The notes below the pieces were generated by a model. It searched no databases. It worked only from the letters and a program-made list of their open reading frames with translations, and was not told the DNA's origin. Positions 36,759 to 50,344 of a DNA stretch of 64,000 bases are shown here, in pieces. Numbering within the stretch: the first letter of the stretch is position 1; every line of letters starts with the position of its first letter. The position numbers and the translations under genes were made by a program. Location of the stretch: positions 95,854,001 to 95,918,000 of the forward strand of contig NC_058368.1 in assembly GCF_018350175.1 (NCBI RefSeq), given 5' to 3'. The DNA comes from Felis catus (taxonomy: Eukaryota).

Positions 36759-37428
36759 CTTCCCATAGCTCCTATGTGCTGTAAATCCAATTTGGGGAGC
36801 ATTCTATGGTTTTTTTTTATTGCATCTCAATTTTTGAATGGCCATGTGTCTCAGTGTTGCGACTTTTCAAAATTGGTTTTCTAGTGGTATAGTTTTGTTT
36901 TTTTTTTCTTTCCTTTTTTTTTTCATGCTGCTTCCTACCTTGCTGGCTATAGCATTCTCAATTCATTTATTTTTTTAAATTATTGAGTCCTCCTTGACTG
37001 CTTGTGTGTTTGTGTTTCCTTCTTTCTTACACTAGAAAGGAGACCAGAGAAATACTACTGTCACAGGAATTCTCTTCCCCCAGGTGGGTATAGGCCCTGG
37101 GAAAGTCTTTTCTCCTGGAGAATAGAACTTTCTTCTAATCACTCCCCCAAATTATTTGAAATACTATCCTTTTATTTTCAGCTAATACTTACAAGGCAGT
37201 TGGTAAAAACTTCCCAGTCTTTATTTAATGTCTTATTTTTCATCCCCTCCTGTTTTGGATAGATTGCTCTATGCCTGTTGTCAGAACATATAGCTGTTGA
37301 ATGTTATAAGCTGTCTCTTAAAACCATATTTTTTCACAATCCTATAGGCAAATATACATTAAGCGCTCATCACCAGGCTTCTTGTTGTAGTTTCTCCATT
37401 TATTCTCCTGTCTAAAGTTCATTGTCTA

Positions 37429-37625
37429 GGGTGTCTGGCTGGCTCAGTCAGTTAAACGTCCCACTTTTGACTTTGGCCCAGGTCATGATCTTGCAGTGTG
37501 TGGGATCAAGCTCCGTGTTGGGCTCTGTGCTAACAGCGCAAAACCTGCTTGGGATTCTCTCTTTACACCCTTCTCTCTGTCCCTCCCTTGCTCTCTCTCT
37601 CACAACATAAGTAAACTTAAAAAAT
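37429..37625 (+). mobile_element. Can-SINE
   Basis: gggtgtctggctggctcagt head; flanks aagttcatt. Confidence 0.92.
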
Positions 37626-38012
37626 TTAATGAAGTTCATTTTCTAGTTCTTTACCACGTTCTAACAGGAACAGAAGGTCCTAAGCTTTGGATTGTTATAA
37701 AGGTTTATCTGAAGACCTTATACTTGAAAATCACTGTGGCTGGATCAAATCCTAGGCTCACATTTCCTTTTCATAGGTATTAAGTGTATTATTGATATAA
37801 AATACCATTACTGAAAAGTCTGAAGATGAACCCATTTCTTTTCCTGGAGTTTTCATGTTTTTGTTGGGTGTCCAGAGAACCTTTTCTTTAAATTCCAGTA
37901 GTTTGACTTGAATATGACTCACTCTTGGCAGTTTTGGGTTTGTTTTTCTGCATTGGTGTTGTATTCCTTAATTTCTAGTTACAAGTGTTTTTTTAAAAAT
38001 CTCAGGAGCATT

Positions 38013-38161
38013 GGGGTGTCTGGGTGGCTCAGTCGGTTAAGCGTCCGACTTCAGCTCAGAGCCTGGAGACTGTTTCGGATTCTGTGTCTCCCTCTCTCTC
38101 TGCCCCTCCCCTGCTCATGCTCTGTCTGTCTCTGAAAAATGAATAAACCTTAAAAAAAAAA
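38013..38161 (+). mobile_element. Can-SINE with ~60-nt internal deletion removing the B-box
   Basis: TSD aaaaatc(t/c)caggagcatt 37995-38012 / 38162-38179; junction cagctcag 38052-38059. Confidence 0.93.
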
Positions 38162-38799
38162 AAAAATCCCAGGAGCATTTTCTTACCATTAAAACTTTTA
38201 GTACTTTTTTGTTCTCTGATTTAGACTTCTTTTTTAGGAAATGCCAAATCTATGTATTTTGGGTCATTTTTGTCCTTTTCCTACATCTGCTGTCTTTTCT
38301 CATATTTTTGATGTATCTCTTTGCATTTCTCTTTGATTTTAACAATTTCTATTTGCCTTCTGTTTTTTTTAAGTCATTATCCATTATGCTTAGCAGTTCT
38401 GTATGTTTCCTAGCAGAGTCTTTAATTCTAAAACTATTTTTCTTTTTCCATCTTGAATTCAATTCCACCACTTTTGAATTTTTGTTTCTACTTCTGAGAT
38501 TGCCCTGTCTTTTAAATCATTCATCATTTAAAACAGTGTTTAGATCATGGTGAAAGATTGGATTACAGGGCATCCCTGACATATCCGTGTGTCTAACTCA
38601 GTGTATTCTAGATCAAGATTAGTGACCCGAAAGGGATCATTTCTACCAAGAGCCTGAGACACAGTAGATGCTCAGCAGGTGCTATTGAACACCGAATGAA
38701 ATATGCTTCTCTTCTCTCCACCCACTACCTTTCTTCTGGTAACTCCTCCATGAGTCTGACATCTTTGTTGGTTTGATATGTCTCTGCCCCTGCATGTCT

Positions 38800-38985
38800 A
38801 ATTGGTTCTGGTCTTAGTTCTGCTCCTGTTAATGGGCTATTGAAAACAAATAACTTCTCAGAGTCTTCGTTTCCTCCTCCGGAAAATGGGAGTTGTACTT
38901 ACTTTAGGGAATTATTGCAAACATTAAATGTATGCAAATATCCAACACAGTGCCTCCCTACAGGAGTTGTTAACTTTCATTATTG
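38800..38985 (+). mobile_element. MIR fragment
   Basis: aacttctcagagtcttcgtttcctcctccggaaaatggg...aacacagtgcc. Confidence 0.6.
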
Positions 38986-39545
38986 TTTCACTAACCTCGG
39001 TACAGGTGACTGCATCTCTTGAGTAAAAGTACTCAACCACCTCGAGGAAACGACATTTTCTTCTGACTCTGGAATTGCGTATTTGCCCTGATCATTGACT
39101 TGAATTCTCTTTCATTATGTACTCACATGTGTTCCTCCCCCTCTAACCCAAATGTATCTTCGCTCTTTGGCGGTTTGCTATAATTTTCTTTCGATCCTTT
39201 TTCGGATGATTTTTTTTTTCCAATAAGGCAGAATTTCTCACACACTGAGAAGCTATTCACTTCTCAGTTATGGCGCAAAATGAGAGATAGGTTTAGAGAT
39301 GCTTTACGAAAGCGTAGACGCCACGCGAAGGAAGAGGAGGGCAGTGCAGGTCGATGTTGCAAGACGTGCACTTGCAATTCCTTGTAAAATAACTGCATTT
39401 AATGTGGGTCTTCTCTCCACTCTTACAACGCGCATTCCTCCCTTGTATTTATTCTTTATATTACAACCCATTATGGTTTCAAATGGATATTCTTTTCTGC
39501 TAGTTTATTGCTTTAATGCCTCTGATTTGAAGACAGAGGCATTTA

Positions 39546-39730
39546 GCTTTTTTTAATGTGTATTTAGTTTTGGGACAGAGACAGAGACAGAGAAAGACAC
39601 ACAATCTGAAGCAGGCTCCAGGCTCTGATCTACCAGCACAGAACCTGACGCTGGGCTCCAATCCACAAACTGCGAGATCATGACCTGAGCCAAGGTCAGA
39701 GGCTTGACCGGCTGAACCACCCAAGTGCCC
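39546..39730 (-). mobile_element. Can-SINE
   Basis: TSD tgaagacagaggcattt 39529-39545 / 39731-39747. Confidence 0.95.
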
Positions 39731-40159
39731 TGAAGACAGAGGCATTTAAATGAATAGATGGGAGGAGAGAAATGCGTATTTCCCCAAGAGGAGAATGGGC
39801 TCTTATCTAACTGTTCCCTGGAGTCTCATCTACCTCAGACTGAGCTTCAGGAGACACCGTGTGGGTGGGCCAAACGAATTACAAACTGAGTTCTTCAGCG
39901 GTGTTGACAGAGAGGCTGACTGGAGTTCAGGACCCAACTAATAAGGAGGATTTTTGTTTCATTTCATTTTTGTCTTCTAGACATAACAGACATAATCGTT
40001 TTGGTGATGACTCAAATCTCTAGGTTACCGTAGGTACATTTGTGTGCACTGCAGGTATAAGGTAGCGATCACTTGTCTTGGTTGTGCATCAGGATGGCCT
40101 TAAAATTATGGACTCCCCTTCCCCACAGTCTGCTTCAGGAAACTGAAAGACACAGCCGT

Positions 40160-40345
40160 AGTTATTAGTATCTAGATTTATTCCTAGCTGTGAAATTTGC
40201 TGCTTGGGTAGATTCAGGCAAGTTACTCACTTGGTTGATGTTTTCTTTTAATGAAATAATGGTAATAAAAACCACGTAATAGTTTTGTAGAGCTACTCAG
40301 CACAGCGTTTAACTTGGACAGAGAATGTCTCAGTGGCAAATAGTA
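40160..40345 (+). mobile_element. MIR fragment
   Basis: caggcaagttactcactt...tttaatgaaataatggtaataaaaacc. Confidence 0.5.
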
Positions 40346-41157
40346 ATGATATTCCTTGAAAATTTTCGGGTTGTGGAAGTTGACTAACACATGGTGGCGG
40401 TTTGTGGGTGTGGAACTCAAAGACCCCTTGAGGACATGTTTCTTTTGTGTTCCCGTTGTTTGGTTTCATTTCCAGAATTTTTGCCGAGACACCAAAATAG
40501 TTACAACCATACTTATTTGAAGGTAATTCTATCTCCCTCTCCTTCTATAAAAATTCAATAATAGATTAAAAAAAGAAGGAGGAACATCATAGATCTGAAG
40601 TTAAACCCTAGCACATGCTCCAGAAGTGAGGTGCCACTGGTAGTTACTAGAATTATCTTTGCTACCTTAGTGCCTCTGTTCTCCCAGCAATATCTCAGCC
40701 TCTCCTCAAGAGTGGTCTTCTGTGCCTTCTACCTTGAGTGTAGAGATTCTTAAAGTATATCTACACAGGCTTCCAGAGTGTATAGACTTCATGCACCTAT
40801 CATCTGCCTGTCTTTATTAACTCTTCTTGCTGCAATAATAAATAGTTCATTTTTAAACTATTTTTCTTGTTTCAATTTCCTAATCGATTATGTCAGTGAG
40901 AGAAGAAAAAAACAGTTGTATGGGATATAAAGACATCCAAAACAGATAAATTTAAAGATTCATACTGTTTTCACAATACTGCATACAATAATATGTCGAC
41001 AAATATGGAAAACTTAAAATAAGCCAATTTTAGAAAAGTATTCAATAAACATCGGGTGTTGAATTGTGTTAACAATTTAGTATTGTCAGGGTGTAATTCC
41101 TTCCGTGGATGTTTTGCTCATCAAAAACATCCTAGCCCCAGTATAAAATAGCAACCC

Positions 41158-41158
<1 letters not shown>

Positions 41159-41192
<34 letters not shown>
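41159..41192 (+). repeat. (ATT)n microsatellite
   Basis: Direct reading. Confidence 0.95.
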
Positions 41193-41869
41193 GGTCCGCT
41201 TCTCATATTTAACTTATTTTATTAAAAAATTCCATACACGTGTTCAATCACTATGGACATCTTAAAAATTACATCCAATCAACTATACTCACTACATTTC
41301 ATTTTTTGTCTATTCTGAGTCTTTCTGGTGGTATTTGCCAACACATTTTTTTGTTAGCTCCTTTCTTCTCCACCTTGTATTTTCCTCTTCCCTTTGTATT
41401 TTTCATTTTACAGGTATCTCTTAAAATACAGCACCTTTTAGCTTGCTGTTCTGTTTTCCCCAACTTACCTTTCCCCTTTCATATAGTAAACTCAAGCTTT
41501 TCCTTTTTTACTTCTGCCTTCCAGAAACACATATTTAAGGCTGATTACCCTCTTCACGTCATGATCCTTTTCTGTTCCCCTTTCTGCTTAATTTCATAAT
41601 GCTTCTCCACTCACATTTATATGTGTACTTTTTCTCATGTGCTTTTCTGTCTACTTTCTCTACATTTTTTTCTTCTGGCACACAGCTTCCTACTTTGAAT
41701 CGTGTAAATTTTTATTCATGTGCTTAGGCGTCGTTGTTTAAATTTTTTTATGTGTAATTTATGAATTTGAGGCAGAAATCAACATGGGAGAGGAGATGGA
41801 GTGGCCTTCACTCAAATGAATTTTGATCTAGAACTCAAGAGGACACAAGTGTTGGCTTCAGGCAGTCAT

Positions 41870-42050
41870 GGATCTGGATCTGGACAGTCCACTCACTAGA
41901 TGTTCACCTAAGACAACATAACCCTGTCAGAGCCTTAGTTTTATCATCTGTAAAAATGGGGACAAAATATGTGGATCACAGAATTGTAGCAAAGTCCTGT
42001 ATAGTGACTGGCACACAGCAGGAGCCCAGTAAATTGTAGCCATTATTATT
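41870..42050 (+). mobile_element. MIR fragment
   Basis: agagccttagttttatcatctgtaaaaatgggg...tggcacacagcaggagcccagtaaat. Confidence 0.65.
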
Positions 42051-42141
42051 TTTTTGGTAATTTTTTTTATAGTTCTACTTTATACATTCAGCCCTGAGAT
42101 ATAAATGAGTTAAGTGCTAGATTCAGGGCTTAGATTTCCTT

Positions 42142-42347
42142 TATATTCTTTTTTTTAATGTTTATTTTTGAGAGAGAGTGAGTGCATATGTGAGAGGGGG
42201 TGGGCAGAGAGAGAGGGGGACAGAGAATCCAAAGTGGGGTCTGTGTTGACAGCAGAGAGCTTGATGCAGGGCTCGAACTCATGAACTTTGAGATAACACC
42301 CTAAACCTAACTCTGACGCTTAATCAACTGAACCACCCAGGCATCCC
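42142..42347 (-). mobile_element. Can-SINE
   Basis: Antisense body; flanks gatttccttt. Confidence 0.93.
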
Positions 42348-43171
42348 GATTTCCTTTGTATAAAGAGCGTGCTTAGTTGTGCAAGAACTGTCTTCCTAAG
42401 GGTCTGTACCATTTTGCGTTCCTACTAGTAAATTCCTTTCGCTCCACATCTTTCACACATTTGGTGTTGTCATTGTTTCAGATTGTGGCCATGCTAATAG
42501 ACGTATGGTAGTATCTCATAACTGTGTTATTTTGCATTTCTCTGGCAGCATATGGTGTGGAATATCCTTTTCTATTCATATTTGCCATCTTTATATCTTT
42601 TTTGGTAAAATGTCCATTAAGGTATTTGGCCCTTGTCTGTTAAGGTACTTGCCCTTGTCTTATTCTGTTGATGTCGTCTTGTGCAGAGCAAAACATTTTA
42701 ATTTTACGGAAATTCAGCTTTTCAGGTATTTATTTTATGTATCATGCCTTTGGTGCTGTTTTTAAAGGCTATCACTATGCCTATGGTCATTTAGATTTTC
42801 TCCTATGTCATCTTCTAGGAAGTTTACAGTTTGGCATTTGACATTTATGCCTGTGATCCATGTTGAGTTAATTTATCTGAGGGGGCAAGGTCTGTATATA
42901 TATATATATTTTTTTTCTTTCCTTTTTGCTTTCTTTTTTTTGCATTTGAATGTCCAGTTGTTTCCACACCATCTGTTAAAGAGACTGTCTTTGCTCTATT
43001 GTATCACATTTGCTCCTTTGTCAAAGATTAGTTGTCTATCTTTATGTGCATCTATTTCTGGACTGTTTTATTCCTTTATGTATCTATTCTTTTGCAAATA
43101 CCACACTATCTTCAGTACTACAAGTAAGTCTTGACATTGGGTAGTCTAAGTCCTTCAGCTCTTTTCTTCTT

Positions 43172-43388
43172 TAATTTTTTTTTTTTTTTAGCATTTATTC
43201 ATTTTTCAGAGACAGAGACAGTGAAAGCAGGAGAGGTGTGGAGAGAGAGGGAGACACAGAACCTGAAGCACGCTCCAGGGTCTGAGTTGTCAGCACAGAG
43301 CCTGACATGAGGTTTGAACCCATGAAATGGGAGATCATGACCTGAGCTGAAGTCGGATGCTTAACCGGCTGAGCCACCCAGGCACCCC
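43172..43388 (-). mobile_element. Can-SINE
   Basis: TSD ctcttttcttctttaat. Confidence 0.95.
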
Positions 43389-43494
43389 AACTCTTTTCTT
43401 CTTTAATATTGTGTTGGCAATTATGAAGCTTTTGTCTCCCTGTATAAACTTTAGTATCATTTTACCAATATCCACAAAATAACTTCATGAAATT

Positions 43495-43716
43495 GTTTTT
43501 AAGTTTTATTTATTTTTTTTGAGAGAGACAGAGACAGCATGAGTCGGGGAGGGGCAGAGAGAGAGAGAGGGAGACAGAAAATCCCAAGGAGGCATGGAGC
43601 CTCCACTGTCAGCATGGAGCCTGATGCAGGGGACTCAAACTCACCAAACTGTGAGATCATGTCCTGAGGCGAAACCAAGAGTCAGATCCCCAACCAACTG
43701 AGCCACCCGGGTGCCA
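43495..43716 (-). mobile_element. Can-SINE
   Basis: Antisense body. Confidence 0.92.
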
Positions 43717-44844
43717 GTAGTGGAATTTGATTAAGATTGTCTTGAATCTATAGATCATGTTGACAAGAACTGGCCAAGAGCCTTCCTATTTATAAACATA
43801 GAATATCTCTCCATTTATTTAGTTACTTATTTTCACTCATCAGATTTTTGTAGTTTTCCTCCTACAGATCATATTTTCCTGGTATAGATTATATTTTGTT
43901 AGATTGTGCCCAAGTATTTCATTTGTTAAAATGCTATGGTAATTTATATTGTGTTTTAATTACAAATCCAACTTGGTCATTGCTAGCATATGGGGAAGTG
44001 ATTGACTTGTACATTAACCTTATATCCTACAACTTTCCTACGATCACATATTACTTCCTGAAGTTTTGTTGATTTTTAAAAATTTTCTACATAGATGATC
44101 GTGTCATCTGTCAACAAAGACAGTTTTCTATTTTCTCTTCCCAATCTGTATACCTTGTATCTCCTTTTCTTATTTACTGCATCAGATGGTACCTCTAGTA
44201 TGATATTGGGAAGGAGTTGTGAGATGAGATATCCTTGCCATTTACCTGATCTTAGAAAGCTTTGAGTTTCTGACTATTAAGTGTAATGTTAGCTATAAGT
44301 TTTTTATAGATATTTATTATCAAGTTGAGGTATTTTCCCTTTAAGGTTATTGAGAATGTTTATCATGAATGGACATTGGATTTTGTCTAATGCTTTACGC
44401 CTTTATTTACATGGTCATTTGGTGTTTTTTCAGCCTGTTAATGTGATGGATTCTATTAATCAACTTTCTTGAACGAGTCCTGCATACCTGAGTTAAATCT
44501 CACTTGGTCAGGGTGTGTAATTCTTTTTATGATCTCTAATTTTAATGCTTTCTTAATGTCCCCTTGTTCTGATGATGTATGGATCTTAGGTTTTGTTTTT
44601 GTGTTATTTGCTTATGTATTTGATTTTGGATATACAAAAAGAGTAGTTTGGGCTATATGATTCTTAAGATTTCTAGTAACTGTAAAACTCATTTATACAA
44701 CTATTTTAATTCATTTTGACCTGTATTTACTGTTGTCTTCTTTCAATTTAATATGCAACATTTCAGTATCTTAAAATTAATGAAAAAAACTCTCTTTATT
44801 TGCCATCATGGTAAATTTTGAATGATAATGTTATATATAGGTGA

Positions 44845-45055
44845 TTTTTTTTTAGTTTATTTATTTATTTTGAGAGAGAGAGGGAGAGAACATGCACATG
44901 TTGGGGAGGGGCAGAGAAGGAGAGAAGAGAGAGGATCCCAAGCAGGCTCCATGCTCTCAGTGCAGAGCCTGATGCAGGGATCAAACTCCCAAACTTTAGA
45001 TCATGACCTGAGCTAAAGTCAGATGCTTAACCTACTGAACCACCCAGGTGCTCCT
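44845..45055 (-). mobile_element. Can-SINE
   Basis: Antisense body. Confidence 0.93.
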
Positions 45056-45199
45056 AAACATAATCAGCTTACTAAACTCATACGACCAGCTGAATGTTTT
45101 CAGCAGTAATATTTTCTTTCTTCACACTAAGGAATCCATGCAACTTTCTTAATTCTGCAATAGTTACTCAATCTTTCTCATCATCAAGATCAAATATAT

Positions 45200-45385
45200 G
45201 GTACATTATGCATTACTTATTCATTTGCATTTTCTATGTCCTTATCCTTTCCCCAATTCAAGAATGTGAACTTCATGAGGAAGGAATTGTTTTTTGTTTT
45301 TTCTTACTTTTTTATCCTTAGCATTTAGACTAGTACTGGCACATAGTAGGTGTTCACTAAGTGTTTGGTGAATTAAAAAACATGT
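45200..45385 (+). mobile_element. L2 3' end
   Basis: agaatgtgaacttcatgagg...tagcatttagactagtactggcacatagtaggtgttcactaagtgtttggtgaat. Confidence 0.75.
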
Positions 45386-46743
45386 ATTCAGATATATAAT
45401 CAGTTATAGAACCATAATAGAGATAGTGATGTACAACTGAAAAATTTCACTGAAACTCTGACCTTCCCCTTCTTTCCTGCCCAACATAATAACATAAAAA
45501 TCAGAATTTATCATGTAGTCTTAAAAATAATTTATTGAAATTTAATTTGATTCCTAGAAAAAGAGTAGGAAATAGTAACTTACAAAGAGAAGCTTTGTAG
45601 AGATTTCTCCACAGAAAAAATAATGGAACTGTAATGTTTGCAAACTGTGGCTTCTGAAAACAAAAACAAAAGCAAAACACAACAATGGAGAAATCCAAAT
45701 TTCCTCAGATGATTGTGGTTCACATATCTTTCCATGAATAAAAAGAGGGAGAATTTTTTCAGAAAATTCTTTAACTATTCACCCTTTGAACTCCCAAATT
45801 TTTACTGCATGGTTACTTTGCCATCAAAAAGGGTGGAGTTGGGGGTGCGTGGAGGAATGAACAACGACAAAAAAATCCTGGTTTTCACTTGCCCGCAGTC
45901 GACCCTGTCTTACTAGCCCTTTGAGCATGACTCTCTGTGGCCATCTGAACTCCAGCCTTGCCTTTGCTCAAACTTTTCTGAGTGAATTCCTCTATCTTCT
46001 GACCTCTCAGTTCTTTACTGAAATCCCTGGAAATGCTTTTAAGACCAAGTCTCTATCTTTTCTTTACATACCATTCATGCCTTGTATAGAGCATGCGTGA
46101 CTCCTACAGCACGTGTGAGATAAGAAACTGTCAAATGAATAAATGAAAGAATGATGCTAGAAGCGAGCCCAAAGCTCTTTGCTCGTATTCCCGACGTTGG
46201 ACACAGTGATACTTAGTCCTCTACAGAGTGGGGTGGACACTTGTTATAAAGATCTTCAGTTGTCTGTTCCTTTTTTGGCAGTAGGCACCAAACCTCTGTG
46301 CTTATGGGCAGGGTAAGGTCCCTCACGCCTCACAGGCTTATTTCCATGTTTTGGCTTGGGTTCCATGGACAAATCACATTGTTCAGACAATTACTGAGAT
46401 AACTCAGGTAATAGGCCTGCTTTTGCTAAAAGATCTGTTACAGTGCACAAGAAAAAAGTTGTTCACTATTAGATAACAACTTGTTGTTGGCATGACTGAA
46501 CTCACCATTTAATTATAGGGGGAGGGGGCAAAATGTAAGCCCCAAATTATATTCCATGGCTGATTGATAGATGTTCTCCTTTCAGTCTGTTGTCATTTTA
46601 GTCTCTAATTTTCCTGCAATATCCATATGTGGAGTCGCACATTAGAATCAGTGTTCTGGATTCTACCGTCTGTATAACTGTTAATAAATGGTAGAGTTAA
46701 GAGTTACGTTTGGAGAAAATGTTAACAATAATGGTCCCATTCT

Positions 46744-46966
46744 TTAAATTTCTTTTTTTTTAATGTTTATTTATTTTCGAGCCAGAGAGAGACAGAGCAT
46801 GAGTGGGGGAAGGGCAGAGAGAGAGAGGGAGATATAGAATCAAAAGCAGGCTCCAGGCTCTGAGCTGTTAGCACAGAGCCTGATGTGGGGCTTGAACTCA
46901 CGAACCGTGAGATCATGACCTGAGCTGAAGTTGGATGCTTAACCGACAGAGCCACTCAGGCACCCC
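46744..46966 (-). mobile_element. Can-SINE
   Basis: TSD aataatggtcccattct 46727-46743 / 46967-46983. Confidence 0.96.
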
Positions 46967-47409
46967 AATAATGGTCCCATTCTAAGTCATCCCCCAAATG
47001 TAAAAAAATACATTAAGAACTCTTTCAATAATACAATGCTCTTTGAGGATTTGATGACCTTTCCAGGTGACATACAGATCTATCCATCGTATCTATCTAT
47101 TGTAAATATTTTGCAATTGTATTGCTGATAATATTTTCATAAGAAAAATAATAATGAGTTTGTATATCACACACAGCACCTGTGAAGCTCATGCAGTGGC
47201 TGTCTATGGTGTCAGCAGCTGCGAGAGCTCTCAGAATTTGGGCATGTGGGTAGAATGGGCTCCATAGCAGAGTTTCTCATAGAAGCCTCTTGAGTACTGT
47301 TTATAAGGCATAGTAGGTTTGCACGGTGCTGACAGAGGCCCAGAAAAGATGAGTTTCAGCTTGAGATTGTCAGTCTTTAAGAAATCAGAAACTGGGGGTT
47401 GGGGGGTGC

Positions 47410-47628
47410 GGGGGCGCTTGGGTGGCTGTCGGTTAAGTGTCCGACTTGGGCTCAGGTCATGATCTCATGGTCTGTGGGTTTGAACCCTGCGTTGGGCTTT
47501 ATGGACAGCTCAGAGCCCAGAGCCTGTTTCAGATTCTGTGTCTCCTTCTCCCTCTACCCCTCCCCACCTTGCACTCTGTCTCTCTCTCAAAAATAAGTAA
47601 ACATTTTTTTTTTGTTGTTGTTGTATTT
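47410..47628 (+). mobile_element. Can-SINE with G-rich 5' extension
   Basis: TSD tctttaagaaatcagaaac 47374-47392 / 47629-47647. Confidence 0.95.
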
Positions 47629-49659
47629 TCTTTAAGAAATCAGAAACCAGGGCAGTGCCCTAAGCCATTGAAAATGGAAACAGAAATAGTGGGTTTAAGG
47701 AGAATTTTACCTAAAGGCATAAATCACTCTGCCTTTATCCTCTGATTAGACAGATGTTGACAGTAAATAATAACAAGACCTCCCTAGAATCTGAGTCAGT
47801 AATCAGGGTTTTCACAGAGTTGTAATACTTTTCAAACATAACTAGAGACATAGGATTTCAAATGTATGATTTTCCCCACTCTGCTTTTTACTGTTGTATC
47901 ATACTATGAGATGAAATCTTTCACATAACTGTCTTGATGATCTATAAGAACAAAATAATGATTATATATTTCTATGAAAGACCCATAGCAAATAATCACT
48001 TTATTAGTAGTTATTAGCATACAACAGAGAAGACACTCTTATTGTTTCCTCTGCTATTTTAGAACCAAATCCCTTTGACAACTGACTTGTAAGCTGGTTT
48101 TTTTTTTTAACCCATGAGAAACAGGAAGAAAGCAAGAACCCAAACATTATATATAAAGTCTGTGCATGCCAGTTAGTGATTGATCATTGGTAATGGACTA
48201 CATTCTTATGTCTCAGCTGTTAACCCATTGTTTCTGGCTACCATTTTATTTACCAAAATAATTTATTTCGGAATATTCCCAGGAGAAAATCTTACCTTTT
48301 CCGTTAGGATTATCAGTCAAACTTAGTAGCTCTCCAAATAACATGTCTTGAGGATATACAACGCAGAAAGAAATACATCCAGGTTCATTTTATAAAAGCT
48401 TCTGATGACCTCATTGATAGTTACCAGGCCTTAGGAAATGGGTACGCGCCTTGTGTAAAAGCACTTATGTCAAGTTAAATATAATATTGCTCCCGAAGTT
48501 GGACATTTATAATTTTGCACCTATATTTACAGTTATTTCCTTTCATTAAAAAGAATTATACGTGCAGGGACTTTTCCAGATTGACATAAGGGGCTAATGA
48601 CAGTTTATTACAGGGCTTCCAACCCAGACATACTATAATGGGATGTCATCTACACTTGCCAAGTTGTATTATATGATTCAGCTACAGCTATGGGAAAAGG
48701 ATTTGAGTTCTTCTTTTTCCCTGGTGAAGAATTTAACTAAAGTTCCTGTAGCCTTGGCCAATCAGGCATACCGTATTCTGTTAATGGAATTGTAGTAACT
48801 CAATGTTCCACGTAAAGACAGCATTAAAAATCTTCTTGTCAGGAAACTTTCCCATGGCTGGAGAGAAGGGTCCTTGATGTTGAATGGAAAGGAAATTTTT
48901 TCTGACACAGTTTGGAAACCAAGTTACTGATGAATGCAGCCATAGTCTCACTAGGACTTTGCCAGAAACGGTATATACTCGACTTAGTTGCTCCTTGTTA
49001 TCCTCAGGGGATGGGAAATTTGAATACAGCTAAACTACTTTTGAAATGATGAGCATCATTTCTTCTCGTAGATTTGTTCAATTTTTAAGAAAAGAATACT
49101 TCAGTGAGGAAATAGAGTTCTTGTGTTAGGTACTCATTGAAAAGGGCAAATGAAGCTTCAAAAAAATTTAAAAAATAAAGAGAATGGATAAAAGCAGACT
49201 AGTTAGAACTGGAGAATTCCAAGAAAGCTTAGTCCCAAAGAAGTAGGACTTTCTGTCTTCTAAAGGGTTGACCAGAGCCCAAAGAAGACATGTCTGTTTT
49301 TTTGGATGAGCTCTGCTTTTCATGAAGTCTCCCTCATGAGTGGGCCCTGGTAATTGAGTACTCATATAATCATAACTATAAGTCTAAATGGTTGATGAGT
49401 TAGTAATGGATTGAATCAAATTACTATTTGAAAAACTAAGAAAATAGAAGTATCATTAAAAGTTATAATTAAATTGAAAAAGTAGAAATTATCTTCCACA
49501 ATACCATATTCCAGGTACACAAATTGTTTGGGTATCAGCAGGATTACCCATAATGGGTACATCCAAAGAATTTAAAGTTTCAGCTTTTGCTCTTAAGTCA
49601 TATTTTAAAATAATAGTTCTTTTTGAGTAATGTGAAAGTCATTAGTACTGTTAACAAAT

Positions 49660-50013
49660 ATTCCCAGCTCATTGCTTACTAGGCACCTTCCTGGCCTTCC
49701 TGTGATGGGGATGGGCATGTTCCTAGTTTTGTCCAATGAGTTGTGAACAGGAATGACATGTGTTGCTTCTTGGACAGAATGTTATATGGCTGATAAACGG
49801 TTTTCCTCTTATTGTTAATCCGGGATTTTCTTTCTTTCTGACATCGTATCCAGTCATGTCTGGCTTCTGCTTGGCTCTAAGATAGGAATGGTGCACAACA
49901 GCATCCTCACCCACCTAAAATAGACATGTAGTAGAAATTGAAAATAACCTCTATTATTTTGAACCACTGAGATTTTAGAGTTGGTTAACCAGTCACCACC
50001 TAGCCTATCCTGA
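49660..50013 (+). mobile_element. MLT1-type (MaLR) solo LTR
   Basis: tagttttgtccaatgagttgtgaacaggaatgacatgtg...gaaccactgagatttt...cctagcctatcctga. Confidence 0.7.
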
Positions 50014-50065
50014 AATGGCTAAAAGATTAGTGTTTAAATATTTAAAAAGAAACAAACTGTCTTTT

Positions 50066-50344
50066 TTTTACCATACATTTTATTTTATTTTATTTTATTT
50101 TAATTTTTTAATACGGAATTTATTGTTAAATTGGTTTCCATACAACACCCAGTGCTCATCCCAACTGCTAGGAATTTACCCAAGGGATACAAGAGTGCTG
50201 ATGCATAGGGGCACTTGTACCCCAATGTTTATAGTAGCACTTTCAACAATAGCCAAATTATGGAAAGAGGCTAAATGTCCCTCAGCTGATGAATGAATAA
50301 AGAAACTGTGGTTTATATACGCAGTGGAATACTACGTGGCAGTG
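50066..50344 (-). mobile_element. Cat-type L1, 5'-truncated and 5'-inverted (twin-priming structure)
   Basis: Antisense 3' end 50078-50165 fused to a sense ORF2-end segment 50164-50344; TSD acaaact(g/a)tctttt 50052-50065 / 50345-50358. Confidence 0.92.

Larger units (their letters stand above)
42370..44530 (-). mobile_element. Old L1 ORF2 segment (L1MA/MB class) with two SINE insertions
   Basis: tgtaccattttgcgttcc, ccagttgtttccacaccatctgttaaagagactgtc, ttgaatctatagatca, gtgtcatctgtcaacaaagacag antisense ORF2 motifs. Confidence 0.9.

Noticed and set aside
48296..48346. - strand exon candidate encoding DMLFGELLSLTDNPNGK
   Set aside because: Poor AAG acceptor, in-frame stop shortly upstream, no partner exons, opposite to the inferred gene strand
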